Source of the DNA: an uncultured bacterium
GTDB taxonomy: Bacteria > Patescibacteriota > Dojkabacteria > SC72
Assembly (NCBI GenBank): GCA_903840015.1
Contig: CAIMEL010000008.1
Coordinates: 1-61,182 of the forward strand
Length of the DNA stretch: 61,182 nt
Direction: 5' to 3'
In this document: in pieces, positions 8,902 to 19,924 of the stretch
Numbering within the stretch: position 1 is the stretch's first letter
Layout of the letters: every line of letters begins with the position of its first letter
Program-made: the position numbers and the translations under genes
The notes under the pieces: generated by a model
What the model was told of the DNA's origin: nothing
The model's database searches: none
Seen by the model: the letters and a program-made list of their open reading frames with translations, nothing else

Positions 8902-10504
8902 AAGCCTCCAACCTCTCTTCTACTATATTGTTTCCCATAACTTGTACTATCTGATATAGATCTGGTGTCTTTGTTCTATGTGTTAAGGCAACTCTTAAAA
9001 CCATTGCAACATCACCAGGCTTACACTCTAACTTCTCTGCCAAATTCTTAATCTTACCAAACCACATATCAAGATTATCTGCGATATCAAATATCTTTGT
9101 ATATTCCTCAACTATTTTCTCTTGAAGATTCTTATCTACTCTATCAGAGATATCCTCCACTTCACTCTCAGCGAATGTACTATTAAAGAATATACTTAAT
9201 AGATCCTTGGCATCCTGATATTTAACCATATCCTTCCTAACCTTTGATCCTTCCCTTTCAATATTGAATATCTTAATACAGTAATCCTTATTCTCTTCTA
9301 ATACTTTTGCCGTATCCGTATCAAAGGATAATGCCCATTCTAAAACTCTTTCATACACCTCTTCTGCACTTAATGTTGCAATATACTCCTTACAAATATC
9401 ATTCAATTTAGTAATATCAAAAAGTGCTCCTGCATTATTAAATTTCTCTATCCTCAACCTAAATTCATCCAAACTCCTCTCTTTATTCTGCACCCTCCAA
9501 TCGTAGAAATTGGAGTTAGCAATATTCAAAAGATACTCCAAAACACCCTCTTTCGGATAGCCTCTTTCTACATAGTAAGAAACTGCAGCCTCCGGATCTT
9601 TCCTTTTACTCAATTTCCTTTTCTTACCCTCTTCAGACTTCATCAATGGAGACACATGACCATACGGTAATTGTTTAAAATCTAACTTCTCAAAAAGTTC
9701 ATAATGCAAAGGTACAGAGGAGAACCATTCATCACCTCTAATAACATGAGTAATACCCATCAAAGTATCATCTATCGGATGTGCAAAATGGTAGGTTGGG
9801 AAACCATCTGATTTAATCAATACTGCATCCATATCATTCTCCCTCAAAGTAACACCACCCTTGACTAAATCTTTCATAGCAAAACTATTTTCAATATTCC
9901 CAGTTGAGTACAATCTAATGACAAATTTTTCTTTTTTCTCTAACCTCTCTTTTATCTCACTCAAGCTAGCATCTCTCCACTTGGCCCATTTACCATAACA
10001 ACCTGTCCTCAGAGATGATTTCTCTTGTTCTTCTCTGATATTCTCCAATTCATCTAGTGTAAGAAAACATGGATATGCCAAGCCTTTCGAAACCATCTGT
10101 TTAGCAAAAACCTTGTAGATCTCTAACCTTTGGCTTTGTATATATGGACCATATGCACCAACTCCTACCTCTTCATCTACCATCCCTTCATCAAACACAA
10201 CTCCAAATCCTCTCAAACCATTAACTATCATAGAGACTCCTTTCTCTACCTCCCTTTCCTTATCGGTATCTTCTATACGAAGAATCGATATTCCATTACT
10301 CTGCTTTGCAAGTCTTGTACAAATCAAACCTGTATATACATTACCTATGTGCATAAACCCTGTGGGACTTGGAGCAAAACGTAAAACCATAGCTTCATCT
10401 GGAATATTCCTTTTGGGATATTTTGAGAAGATATCATCTACTGTGTCTGTAACATCTGGGAAAAGTAAATTTGCTAATTCAACATTCTCTTCGTTTGTTC
10501 TCAT
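8885..10504 (-). CDS. gltX: Glutamate--tRNA ligase (start moved to ATG 10504)
   Basis: RFAPSPTGFMHIGN, RIEDTD, GPYIQSQR, DGFPTYHFA, HVIRGDEW, KLSKR. Confidence 0.96.
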   Translation of the reverse strand: MRTNEENVELANLLFPDVTDTVDDIFSKYPKRNIPDEAMVLRFAPSPTGFMHIGNVYTGLICTRLAKQSNGISILRIEDTDKEREVEKGVSMIVNGLRGFGVVFDEGMVDEEVGVGAYGPYIQSQRLEIYKVFAKQMVSKGLAYPCFLTLDELENIREEQEKSSLRTGCYGKWAKWRDASLSEIKERLEKKEKFVIRLYSTGNIENSFAMKDLVKGGVTLRENDMDAVLIKSDGFPTYHFAHPIDDTLMGITHVIRGDEWFSSVPLHYELFEKLDFKQLPYGHVSPLMKSEEGKKRKLSKRKDPEAAVSYYVERGYPKEGVLEYLLNIANSNFYDWRVQNKERSLDEFRLRIEKFNNAGALFDITKLNDICKEYIATLSAEEVYERVLEWALSFDTDTAKVLEENKDYCIKIFNIEREGSKVRKDMVKYQDAKDLLSIFFNSTFAESEVEDISDRVDKNLQEKIVEEYTKIFDIADNLDMWFGKIKNLAEKLECKPGDVAMVLRVALTHRTKTPDLYQIVQVMGNNIVEERLEAYAKSL

Positions 10505-10545
10505 ATACAATTGATTATACAAGTAAGTATTGCTAAGATTATAGC

Positions 10546-11871
10546 ATGACATTAACAGAAGCAGCATTCTGGACAAAACGATTTGGAGTTATTGCACTAG
10601 GAGCAAGTATTGTTTTTGTAATTGTAATACTTGTTGTAACCCTCCAACCCAAAAAATATATGCCTCCTGAATATTTAACTGCAAACTTTGCATGTACGGA
10701 GAAAAGGGAGGAATTTTTGCAACATAAATTGGATATACCAGCCTTACAGCTGGCAGATGGCTCTGAGATGGTATTTGAGATTCTTACTGATACTGGAAAG
10801 ATAGATTCTTTACCCCAGATTATTAATGTATACAAATTTAATAATCCTACCCAGTCATTAAGTGCTCAGGCAAATGCAAAAATTCTTGCAAAGAAACTTA
10901 ACTTCAATCCTGATGACATCATTAGAAAAGACGCAGTAACGTATATCTGGATTGACAAACTTGGTAAAAGGAATCTTGAGATTCAGGCAAAGAATATGAA
11001 CTTTACATTTAAAACAGATCCTTCCGTTATAAAGAGTATTGCAGAGACAGGTCTTCTTCCTACTGAACAGGAAGCTAAAGCAAAAGCTGCAGAGATACTC
11101 CGAACCCTCAGTGTCTATTCTGATGACTACTCCAAAGGTACACACAGAACCACATATATCAATATTAATCCAGACGGTAGTTACAGCAAGGCATCTTCTG
11201 CTTCTGAAGCAGAATTGATAAGGGTGGATTTTGTAAGAAAAAAATCTATGATTACGATAGCATCAAATATTGTAGGTGCTGATCTCATGATACAGTCTCT
11301 AACAAAAAGAACAGGTATCGAACCTACACAGTCGAATATAATCGTTAATGACAAGAAAGTTGATGTATATACGTATGATACTGTGGTGACATTTCCTGAG
11401 ACGCAAAGATACAATGTATCTGTCTATGTAGGAGTTGAGGATAAGGAGAAAAGATCTGGAGGAAGCTCACTAAACAGTATCTATCAGATAGATTTTACAT
11501 ATTGGCCAATACAGGTTGAAGCGTGTGGTACATATGAATTAGTCTCTCCACAAAAAGCAATCGAAGAGGTACAAGCAGGTAAGGGTAAATTGGTCTACCT
11601 ATTCGATAAGAATGGAGATGATGTCGTCCCATACACCCCTAAACGGGTAAAGAAATTCATTGTGACTAAAGATATTTTCATTACATACTATGAATCACCA
11701 GACGAATTGGAGTACCTACAACCTGTATATGTGATATCTGGAGATGTTATTTTTGATAATGATATAAAAGGGACATTCGATTTTTACTACCCAGCAATTA
11801 ACTATGACATAGTCCAAGACAAAATAGAGCTCCCACCACCTGTTGTTGAGGAGAAAAGCTCTTGGCTTTAA
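10546..11871 (+). CDS. Single-pass membrane-anchored hypothetical protein
   Basis: N-terminal TM helix then a large soluble domain; C-terminal YYESP...YLQPVY. Confidence 0.75.
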   Translation: MTLTEAAFWTKRFGVIALGASIVFVIVILVVTLQPKKYMPPEYLTANFACTEKREEFLQHKLDIPALQLADGSEMVFEILTDTGKIDSLPQIINVYKFNNPTQSLSAQANAKILAKKLNFNPDDIIRKDAVTYIWIDKLGKRNLEIQAKNMNFTFKTDPSVIKSIAETGLLPTEQEAKAKAAEILRTLSVYSDDYSKGTHRTTYININPDGSYSKASSASEAELIRVDFVRKKSMITIASNIVGADLMIQSLTKRTGIEPTQSNIIVNDKKVDVYTYDTVVTFPETQRYNVSVYVGVEDKEKRSGGSSLNSIYQIDFTYWPIQVEACGTYELVSPQKAIEEVQAGKGKLVYLFDKNGDDVVPYTPKRVKKFIVTKDIFITYYESPDELEYLQPVYVISGDVIFDNDIKGTFDFYYPAINYDIVQDKIELPPPVVEEKSSWL

Positions 11872-11875
11872 TACA

Positions 11876-13588
11876 CTACTTAGAAAATCTCCACTCTTTT
11901 ACATTAAACTGAATACTCTCATTTCCATTCCAAACATTGATATCTGGATACCCAACAACATCAATAGAATCGTCTATGTTTAATTTCTCGACATCATCCT
12001 GACATCCAAACAGAAGTAGAGGTAGAAGATCTATACCATTTCCCTTTACTAACAACTTGAGATGATTAGATTCCTTCCCTATTACATTCTTCTTAACTAT
12101 AATTAAATTCTGTAAACATATTGTTGGTTTTGGGTTTCCAAATCCAAATGGCTCTAACAGTTTTAGTCTATGTATAAAATCATACGATATATCTTCTGTC
12201 TCCAATGCCAAATCAATATTCAATTTAGGTTTTAGCTGTTCATCAGATATCTTCTTCTCTGCATATTCCGTTATTTCATTAACAAACCTCTCACTCTCCT
12301 CTATTTTTAATGTAAAACCGGCTGCAAGCTCGTGACCACCGTACCGATATAAATACTTACTAAATTTCTCTAAAGCCTTAGTTATATTAAAACCAGAGAT
12401 ACTTCGTGCAGAACCCTTTATAACACCCTCATTTTCCGTAGCCACTAATACAGGTCTGTAATACTCCTCTTGTAATTTACCAGCTACCAGACCAATGACA
12501 CCTTCGTGCCAATCTTTACCAATTATAGAAATCAATTTGCTATCTGGATTAACACTCTCCTTTGCTTTTTCCAAGATCTCCTGGGTAATCTTCTGCCTAT
12601 CAAAATTCAGATTCTCCAATTCATTTGATATCTCCTTACATTTACTCTCATCCTCACTCACCAACAATCTTACAGCCTCCATAGGAGAACCGATTCTTCC
12701 TGCTGCATTAATTCTTGGTCCAATGATATATCCTAAGTGATATGCCTCTATATCCTTTGGCTCAATACCAGCTCTAAGAATCAAACTCCTCAAGCCAATT
12801 CGTTTGTATTCTCGTATCTGTTTCAATCCATATGATACAAATACTCTGTTTATATCCACTAATGGCATAATATCCGTTACTGTTGCAAGAGCAACTAAAT
12901 CCAATCCTTTTGTACTCTCTGATATCTTACTCTCCATACCAGCTAGTTCCTTAATAGCTTGAATTAACAGAAATACCACAGCAGTACCACATATCTCTCG
13001 TTGAGGATATTCTTTTCCAGGATACATCTGATGAACCAATGGATAATCTAAGTTCTCCAATACTCCTTCTGGAGGTTGATGATGATCTGTTATGACAAAT
13101 TTCAATGATCTCTCAGATCTAAACTTCTTAATCAATTCCTTATCTCTCACACCACAGTCAACAGATATTACAAGCTGCGCTCCTAGATCCAATACATCTT
13201 TTAAAGAATCTTCAGTCAATCCATATCCCTGTTCTATCCTATTCGGTATATACGGTAATACAGATATTTCTTTTTTAAGATGTTTTGCTAAATCCCTGTA
13301 CAAGAAATCCCACAACAAACTACAAGCACATATACCATCTGCATCGTAGTCAGCATGAATCACTATCTTCTCACCATTTTCAACACTTTCAAGAAGACTC
13401 TTAGCAGCTTTTCTACTGTCATGAAGTTTTTTCCAAGGATATATCTGTGATATTGAAGGGTTAAGAAAGTCATCTTTTTTAAAAATCTTTCTGGACTCTA
13501 GCAGATAGTCAACAAAATCTTTCTTCGTTTTTTTAGGTAAAATCCATTCCCGTTTACTCTCTAGACTCATCCTCAATATATTGCTCAA
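11876..13588 (-). CDS. recJ: Single-stranded-DNA exonuclease RecJ
   Basis: DYDADG, PNRIEQGYG, ITDHH (DHH), GPRINAAGR, KGSARS, GGHELAAG, LEPFGFGNP. Confidence 0.96.
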   Translation of the reverse strand: MSNILRMSLESKREWILPKKTKKDFVDYLLESRKIFKKDDFLNPSISQIYPWKKLHDSRKAAKSLLESVENGEKIVIHADYDADGICACSLLWDFLYRDLAKHLKKEISVLPYIPNRIEQGYGLTEDSLKDVLDLGAQLVISVDCGVRDKELIKKFRSERSLKFVITDHHQPPEGVLENLDYPLVHQMYPGKEYPQREICGTAVVFLLIQAIKELAGMESKISESTKGLDLVALATVTDIMPLVDINRVFVSYGLKQIREYKRIGLRSLILRAGIEPKDIEAYHLGYIIGPRINAAGRIGSPMEAVRLLVSEDESKCKEISNELENLNFDRQKITQEILEKAKESVNPDSKLISIIGKDWHEGVIGLVAGKLQEEYYRPVLVATENEGVIKGSARSISGFNITKALEKFSKYLYRYGGHELAAGFTLKIEESERFVNEITEYAEKKISDEQLKPKLNIDLALETEDISYDFIHRLKLLEPFGFGNPKPTICLQNLIIVKKNVIGKESNHLKLLVKGNGIDLLPLLLFGCQDDVEKLNIDDSIDVVGYPDINVWNGNESIQFNVKEWRFSK

Positions 13589-14207
13589 TTAAATCCCAAC
13601 TAAATCCTTTTCGAAGAAGAAACTCTATCTTCTTCCTATCTTCTTTAGTTATTTTAGACTCTTTAAACTTCTTTGCATATGTTTTCTTTAACAAAGATAT
13701 TTCATCTTCAACTAATTCATTAACCTTCTCCTCTGCCAATTCCCTAGCAACACCTTTAGACAAAAGTTCCCCTACTAATACTGATTTCCCTCTAGGCCTA
13801 TTCTTTATCCTGGACTGTATGAAAGCAATTGCATACTTCTCATCATCAATATACCCATACTTATTCAATTTCTGGATTACATACTCCGTTATCTTAGATA
13901 TCTCTTCTTTTGAAATATCATTGAACCATGCACCCCTTTTCTTCAAAGATAGTTCTCGAATATATCGCTTGACTTGATACTCGGTTCTTAAAGATCGAGC
14001 AATATATTCCACAGTACGAGTAAGAAATCTACTTCGTATTTCATTGTACGCTATACTTTTCAATTTCTCTTCCTCAATCTCACATCCTTCATACAGAGAA
14101 TACTTAGCTACAGTATCTAACGATATACCACAATGGAAATCTCCATCTATATACATATTAACTCTCGAGGGAGTTCTTTTTTGCGATACTAATTTTGTTA
14201 CCCTCAT
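13554..14207 (-). CDS. recX: RecX regulatory protein
   Basis: Directly downstream of recA; GYIDDEKYA, RGKSVLVGELLSKGV, FLLRKGFS. Confidence 0.88.
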   Translation of the reverse strand: MRVTKLVSQKRTPSRVNMYIDGDFHCGISLDTVAKYSLYEGCEIEEEKLKSIAYNEIRSRFLTRTVEYIARSLRTEYQVKRYIRELSLKKRGAWFNDISKEEISKITEYVIQKLNKYGYIDDEKYAIAFIQSRIKNRPRGKSVLVGELLSKGVARELAEEKVNELVEDEISLLKKTYAKKFKESKITKEDRKKIEFLLRKGFSWDLIEQYIEDESRE

Positions 14208-15230
14208 CTATTTAACTTTTGCTTTAACTTCTTTCTCTATCTTCTCTCTCAATTTCTTGTCTTCCCTCAAAACATCTGCAGTTGCCTCTCTTCCCTGTCC
14301 AAGCTGTGCTTCACCATATCTAAACCATGTACCGGCTTTCTGTACGACTCCCATTTCTAATGCAGCATCTAATACACTACTCTCCTTGTCTATGCCCATT
14401 GGATATATCATATTGAAGGTAGCCTCTTTGAATGGAGGAGCAACCTTGTTCTTAACAACCTTAACTTTCCTAGAATGACCAATAACTATACCATCCTTCA
14501 GAATCTTGTCCTTCTGCCTAATATCCATCCTTATGGAAGCATAGAACTTCAAGGCATTTCCACCAGTAGTAGTCTCAGGATTACCAAACATCACCCCTAT
14601 CTTCATTCTCAATTGGTTTAAGAAAATTATCGTTGTACCTGTCTTGCTGCTAATTGCAGTAATTTTTCTCAAAGCTTGGGACATCAAACGAGCCTGTAAT
14701 CCCATATGGCTATCACCCATATCTCCTTCAATCTCTGCACGAGGAGTAAGAGCAGCAACAGAATCAACCACAATCACTCCGAAAGCTGCTGAACGAACCA
14801 AAGTCTCAAGTATTTCAAGAGCTTGCTCACCAAAATCTGGTTGAGAAATGTATAGCTCATCGGTATTCAATCCAATGTTTCTTGCATAGACAGAATCAAA
14901 AGCATGCTCAGCATCTATGAAGGCAACTGCCTCTCCCATTCTCTGTGCTTCTGTTAAGATATGTATAGCAAGAGTTGTTTTACCAGAAGATTCTGGTCCA
15001 TATATTTCAATGATTCTTCCCTTTGGTATTCCACCGACACCCAAAGCAATATCTAAAGAGAGAGCTCCTGTTGGTATAACTTCAGTATCAACTTTTTTCT
15101 GATCACCTAACCTCATAATGGAGCCTTTACCAAACTGCTTTTCAATTTGAGAAACTGCCATCTCTATAGCTTTCTTTTTAGGGGATTCGACAACTTCAAC
15201 CTTCTCTGTATTCTTAACTGTTTCTTTCAT
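14208..15230 (-). CDS. recA: Recombinase RecA
   Basis: [53 protein letters not shown]. Confidence 0.99.
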   Translation of the reverse strand: MKETVKNTEKVEVVESPKKKAIEMAVSQIEKQFGKGSIMRLGDQKKVDTEVIPTGALSLDIALGVGGIPKGRIIEIYGPESSGKTTLAIHILTEAQRMGEAVAFIDAEHAFDSVYARNIGLNTDELYISQPDFGEQALEILETLVRSAAFGVIVVDSVAALTPRAEIEGDMGDSHMGLQARLMSQALRKITAISSKTGTTIIFLNQLRMKIGVMFGNPETTTGGNALKFYASIRMDIRQKDKILKDGIVIGHSRKVKVVKNKVAPPFKEATFNMIYPMGIDKESSVLDAALEMGVVQKAGTWFRYGEAQLGQGREATADVLREDKKLREKIEKEVKAKVK

Positions 15231-15329
15231 TTTAGAAAATATTTAAATTAGATTCTGTATTTAGGATAACAGAGGGTACATGGGTAGTCAAAGAGTATGT
15301 AGTAATACTTAATTAAAGGATAATGTCCT

Positions 15330-15920
15330 TTATACAAAATCTTTAGATATCACAGAACAGAGATTTTCTACAAAACTATTTCTCAAGGTTTCATCTTCCC
15401 TGATATATCTAGCCACCTCTATCTGGATTGCTGGTATGCGTAATTTTGAGGCTACGAATTCTCCTAATGTTTTCTGCCCATTATCTGGGAAACGGAATAC
15501 TGAAACTGTAACACCCTTTAATTCTCCCTTACCTAACTCTTTTGCTATCTTCATAGCAATATTTCTAGAACGAGAGAATTTGGATGGATAATATATTCCA
15601 AAATCGTACATACTGTCATTATCCAAACCATGGATATCTACAAAAAGTTTTGGTTTAAATTCTGTAACCATTGTACGAATCTCTTGTTTGTAAGGATTAC
15701 TTTTTTCTGTGTGGAAATTTGCATCGTAATCTGTATCTTCGGTTATATAGATACCGAGACATTTCAATTTTTGACAAACATCTTTCACAATACTGTCTGT
15801 AAATCTCTCTCCAACCTTATACCCCATATTTAACTTAGGTCTTCTATGGGCATATACATGGGGAGCAGAAAGCAGGATAGGTTTTTTGCCTGTGATAGTT
15901 GTGATATTTGAGCAGTTCAT
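15330..15920 (-). CDS. N-formylglutamate amidohydrolase-like Zn hydrolase
   Basis: LSAPH, D.NF, VDIHG and IQIEV pattern shared with 38520..39389. Confidence 0.55.
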   Translation of the reverse strand: MNCSNITTITGKKPILLSAPHVYAHRRPKLNMGYKVGERFTDSIVKDVCQKLKCLGIYITEDTDYDANFHTEKSNPYKQEIRTMVTEFKPKLFVDIHGLDNDSMYDFGIYYPSKFSRSRNIAMKIAKELGKGELKGVTVSVFRFPDNGQKTLGEFVASKLRIPAIQIEVARYIREDETLRNSFVENLCSVISKDFV

Positions 15921-15998
15921 TACAAATAACTTACCATATATTGATGAGTGTTTTCAAATATGTAAGAATGTAGAAGATATAATTTAATATTTTTAAAT

Positions 15999-16619
15999 AT
16001 GAAAAAACTACTTAACATTATCCTGTTGCTAACTCTACTACTCACTCCAGTTGCTGTCTTCGCACAGGAAGAGGAAGATGTGATGCTTTACGGAGCACCT
16101 CAGGAAGAGGATGATTTAATGTTCTACAGTGCACCACAGGAAGAGGATGCTGTTGATGCCGTACCTTACACATCTGATGGTGAGTATGACTATGATTTCA
16201 ATTTTGAAAATTCAACCTTGCCCGCAGGGCTTGCAGAGGCATTGGGTGCAACAGGCATAATATTTGGAGGGATGATGATTCTGTTCTCTCTAGTTGTCTG
16301 CCTTGCCTTCTATGCTTATTTTGCCTTAGCATTGATGAAGATTGGAAAACATCTTAATTATGAAAACTCATGGTTTGCATGGATCCCCATACTTAACCTA
16401 GTAATGTTATTCCAACTTGGAGATCAAAATCCTTGGTATCTACTCCTCACATTAATTCCTGGTATTGGAGCTATCATTGTCGCAATACTTACAATTATTG
16501 CTTTGATGAATATCTGTGAGAAGAGAGGGTATGACAAATTGCTTGGATTACTCTACCTAGTACCAGTTGGAAATCTAGTACTTCTTGGTATATTGGCATG
16601 GGGTAAACAAGAGAAGTAA
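15999..16619 (+). CDS. Signal-peptide membrane protein (DUF5684-like) with acidic N-terminal repeats
   Basis: Signal peptide ending VFA; AWIPILNL...GDQNPW...LIPGIG...LVPVG pattern. Confidence 0.7.
   Translation: MKKLLNIILLLTLLLTPVAVFAQEEEDVMLYGAPQEEDDLMFYSAPQEEDAVDAVPYTSDGEYDYDFNFENSTLPAGLAEALGATGIIFGGMMILFSLVVCLAFYAYFALALMKIGKHLNYENSWFAWIPILNLVMLFQLGDQNPWYLLLTLIPGIGAIIVAILTIIALMNICEKRGYDKLLGLLYLVPVGNLVLLGILAWGKQEK
16065..16148 (+). repeat. 36-bp in-frame tandem repeat (2.3 copies)
   Basis: CAGGAAGAGGA recurs at 16065, 16101 and 16137; encodes QEEEDVMLYGAP/QEEDDLMFYSAP/QEED. Confidence 0.85.
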
Positions 16620-16639
16620 AGGCTTGCAGCTGAATTAAG

Positions 16640-16665
16640 AGGGAGTACTCTGTACTCCCTTTTTT
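16640..16665 (+). terminator. Intrinsic terminator between converging genes
   Basis: AGGGAGTAC-tct-GTACTCCCT followed by a T run. Confidence 0.8.
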
Positions 16666-17794
16666 AATCTTCAGTACTTGGTAAATCAAGAAGAGATGAT
16701 GGAACTGTATCACCACCCTCCAACCCCTCCTGCTTCACTCTATCTATTCTTCTTACTAACTGATTAAATCTAGTTGTACTAACAGTATCATACTGTTTTT
16801 GCAGAGAATCTATTCTCTCCCCTATTTTAGAAAAAGACAGTGCAAAATTATCAAACTCTTTTTCAAAAGATTTAACATGCCCAATGATGCTGTATATGTT
16901 CTTTTGAACTCTAAAATTCTCATATGCCTGCTTAATCATTCGTAAAATAGCGGTAAAACTAAAAGGACCTGCAAGTACAACTCTACTAGCCATAGCTTCT
17001 TGAGATAGCTCTGGCATCTTGTCATAGATATATGAGAAGATCATCTCATTTGGGATGAAAAGTATTACAAAATCAACAGTCTTGTCCTCAGGATTAATAT
17101 AGTCTCTGGAGGTAACCTGCTTTATCTTCTCCTTAACATCCTTCTCAAAGAGCCTCATATATTTCTCCTTACTCTCCTTGTCTTCCATCTCAGACATCCT
17201 TTGTAGGTTTGCATAAGGGAATTTAGAATCAACATTAATTCTAGTTCTATCTGGTAAGAATATTGCAAAATCAGGACGAGTCTCAGAACCTGCCTGTTCT
17301 TTGTTAAATTCATAGTCCTCACCCTTAACAAATCCCGCCATCTTTAGTAAATCATCAGCAACCTGCTCACCAAACTGTCCTCTTAACTGATTATTCGAAA
17401 GAACCTTCTTCAAACTCTCCGTACTAACAGAGAGCTGTTCGGTAATTTTTCTACTCTCCTCTACTGAGGTCTTCAATGTAGCAAAAGAATCAATCCTCTC
17501 CTTCTCAGCCGTCTTCATATACTCCTCTAACCCCTTAACCATTCTAGATATCTCCTCCCTCTTATTCTCAAAATCTATACGATTCTGTTTACTCTCAGAA
17601 GAAAGTTTTTCATTTGCCATACGAACCAAATCCTCATTTGCTTGATTAAGAACAACCGGTAACAATTCAGTCAATTTATCCTCAATCGTTTCTGTAATCT
17701 CTTTTGAATTACTACCCTGCCCTCGTTTTAGAAAATAGAAGAGACCAATACCTAAAAGAATTCCTCCTACCAACGCTACTACTACCTCTGTCAT
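16664..17794 (-). CDS. rmuC: DNA recombination protein RmuC
   Basis: N-terminal TM, coiled coil, RGQFGE, RPDF...LP....VDSKFP, FVILFIPNE. Confidence 0.92.
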   Translation of the reverse strand: MTEVVVALVGGILLGIGLFYFLKRGQGSNSKEITETIEDKLTELLPVVLNQANEDLVRMANEKLSSESKQNRIDFENKREEISRMVKGLEEYMKTAEKERIDSFATLKTSVEESRKITEQLSVSTESLKKVLSNNQLRGQFGEQVADDLLKMAGFVKGEDYEFNKEQAGSETRPDFAIFLPDRTRINVDSKFPYANLQRMSEMEDKESKEKYMRLFEKDVKEKIKQVTSRDYINPEDKTVDFVILFIPNEMIFSYIYDKMPELSQEAMASRVVLAGPFSFTAILRMIKQAYENFRVQKNIYSIIGHVKSFEKEFDNFALSFSKIGERIDSLQKQYDTVSTTRFNQLVRRIDRVKQEGLEGGDTVPSSLLDLPSTED

Positions 17795-17858
17795 AATGGT
17801 AAAATACTTTAAGTTAATGTATAGCTATTATATATAACTTTAAGATAGAAGGCCAAAC

Positions 17859-19076
17859 ATGATCAAGCAGCTATCCAGCAAACAGATTGTCTTCATTCGC
17901 AATCTTTTACTCACTACGGTACTCGGTGGAATAATTGGCTTACTAAACTACCTCTTCAATATCTTCGTCGCAAGATACACAACACAGGAGATATTCGGAA
18001 TATTCAGTGCAGCTATGGGAATCATATATTTGATACAGATTTCTGCTGTCTCGATCCAATCATTAGTAACAAAACAGATTGCACAGAACAAAGGTAAAGA
18101 TCTAAATCATTACAAATGGTATTCACTTGGAATATTTACAGTAATTGGGATAGTATTTTCTTTAGTTCTTTTCTTAAACAAAGATTTTGTTGCCGAAGTA
18201 GCAAATATTCCAAATACATTGATAGTATTTCTTGCATTAACTATGCTCTTCGCATTCATTAGCCCCATATCCAAAGCACTGCTTCTCGGAGAAGAAAAAA
18301 TCGTATTAGTTAACTTTGTTCTACTGTTTGAAACAATCCTTAAATTTGCCATTGGAGCTTTAGCAATACAGAATGGTGGACTTGTCTGGGCTTTAATCTT
18401 AGCAAATTCCTTGCCTGCAATGATTACCACACTATTCATTTTTCCTTTCGTGAAGTTTGAGAACAGAACGAAAGAAAGAGTTCAATTGAATTTGAAAGAA
18501 TTTCTTCTAATTACAATCTCCTTCCTTCTTCTAACAGTACCTTTCTCTGTAGATTTGATTTTAGTAAATGAGACATTCAGAGCAGAATACTCTGCAATCT
18601 CGTTACTAGGAAAGTTAGTTTACTTCGCATCCATTACAACCTCTGCAGTTATGTTTGCACGATTAACGAATGAGAAAGTTGCAAAAGATCAGAAGAAAAG
18701 TTTACTCATCTCACTAGCGCTTTCTGTTGGAATTGGTTTAATTCTCTCCATTGGATATTTCATCTTTAACAACCTAATCATCACTCTTACAGTTGGTGAA
18801 CAATATATATCAATTGCTAGATATATTGGTGTGTTTGGCCTTTGTATGACAGGGTTTGCTTTTGTATATATGGCTGCCAACTATTTCATTTCAAAAGGAT
18901 ATTACAAGTATCTGTATATACTTTTTGTTGTTTGTGTTATCCAAATTCTTCTTTTCATATTTAGAAACTCTACAATTGAAGATGTACTACAGAATCAGAT
19001 TTTTACATATACTGCACTAGCTATTTCAACAGCTATCTTTTTGGTATTTAAATTAAAAGATCAAAAAAATGGGTAA
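17859..19076 (+). CDS. Oligosaccharide flippase (MATE/Wzx-like)
   Basis: About 12 TM helices; LLNYLFNIFVAR...FGIFSA and VDLILV...AEYSAISLLGK patterns. Confidence 0.75.
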   Translation: MIKQLSSKQIVFIRNLLLTTVLGGIIGLLNYLFNIFVARYTTQEIFGIFSAAMGIIYLIQISAVSIQSLVTKQIAQNKGKDLNHYKWYSLGIFTVIGIVFSLVLFLNKDFVAEVANIPNTLIVFLALTMLFAFISPISKALLLGEEKIVLVNFVLLFETILKFAIGALAIQNGGLVWALILANSLPAMITTLFIFPFVKFENRTKERVQLNLKEFLLITISFLLLTVPFSVDLILVNETFRAEYSAISLLGKLVYFASITTSAVMFARLTNEKVAKDQKKSLLISLALSVGIGLILSIGYFIFNNLIITLTVGEQYISIARYIGVFGLCMTGFAFVYMAANYFISKGYYKYLYILFVVCVIQILLFIFRNSTIEDVLQNQIFTYTALAISTAIFLVFKLKDQKNG

Positions 19077-19521
19077 ACTTAAAGAGGTTTTTGAGAATTT
19101 CAAGCAGTTTGCTTTTAAAGAAGCAACTATTGGAGTAGCAGTAGGTATAATGCTTGGGGCTGCATTGAAGAGTGTTATAGATTCTTTGGTATCAGATATA
19201 CTTACACCACCGATAGCAAAGATTACTTCAGGGATAGATTTTTCAGATTTGTATATTGTCCTAGGTACAGAGAAGTATGATTCATTAGTAGCAGCAAAAG
19301 AAGCAGGAGCAGTAGTAATTACATATGGTAATTTCATCGACGCTTTTATATCTTTCTTAATAACTGCCTTTATACTTTTCCTCATTATTAATCAAGGTGG
19401 GAAATTACTAAAGAAAGAAGAGAAGAAAGTACAAAGTAATACTAAGACATGTAGATATTGTAAATCAGAGATACATAAAGAAGCTGTTAAATGTGCTTTC
19501 TGTGGAAGTGTATTGAAGTAA
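19069..19521 (+). CDS. mscL: Large-conductance mechanosensitive channel with C-terminal Zn ribbon
   Basis: FKQFAFK, AVGIMLGAA, SLVSDILTP, YGNFIDAFISF; tail CRYC-x10-CAFC. Confidence 0.93.
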   Translation: MGKLKEVFENFKQFAFKEATIGVAVGIMLGAALKSVIDSLVSDILTPPIAKITSGIDFSDLYIVLGTEKYDSLVAAKEAGAVVITYGNFIDAFISFLITAFILFLIINQGGKLLKKEEKKVQSNTKTCRYCKSEIHKEAVKCAFCGSVLK

Positions 19522-19526
19522 AAGAA

Positions 19527-19600
19527 TGGACGATGATGGATTCGAACCAACGACCCCTACAATGTGAATGTAGTGCTCTAACCAGCTGAGCTAATCGTCC
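19527..19600 (-). tRNA. tRNA-Val(CAC), CCA not encoded
   Basis: Acceptor GGACGAT/ATCGTCC; anticodon arm CTACA-ttCACat-TGTAG. Confidence 0.95.
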
Positions 19601-19612
19601 CTTTGTGATGTA

Positions 19613-19855
19613 TTATACCCCTTGTGAAGGAGTATCTGAAGTGTTTTCTGTTTGTTCAACAACAGGTTTCTCTTCTACCTCCGGTTGAATATTTCCAGCA
19701 GCTAAATCTCTCTTAAAAGCATCCCAGATTAGATAGAAGGCGATGAGGAGGAAAGGAAAAGCAAAACCAACAAAGATATTACGAGTTACAAATCCTGCAA
19801 TTAAACCTAACAAGATACCACCACCACCCCAAATTACAATCTTACCTATACTCAT
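19613..19855 (-). CDS. Small membrane protein
   Basis: Two hydrophobic segments and an acidic tail. Confidence 0.65.
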   Translation of the reverse strand: MSIGKIVIWGGGGILLGLIAGFVTRNIFVGFAFPFLLIAFYLIWDAFKRDLAAGNIQPEVEEKPVVEQTENTSDTPSQGV

Positions 19856-19924
19856 ACAAATATATTATATATTTGAGTGGATGTTGTAAAGGGAAAAAAT
19901 ACCCAAACAATATTTAGAATGGTA

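Noticed and set aside
15231-15329. LexA/SOS box upstream of recA
   Set aside because: No CTGT-N8-ACAG or GAAC-N4-GTTC palindrome seen
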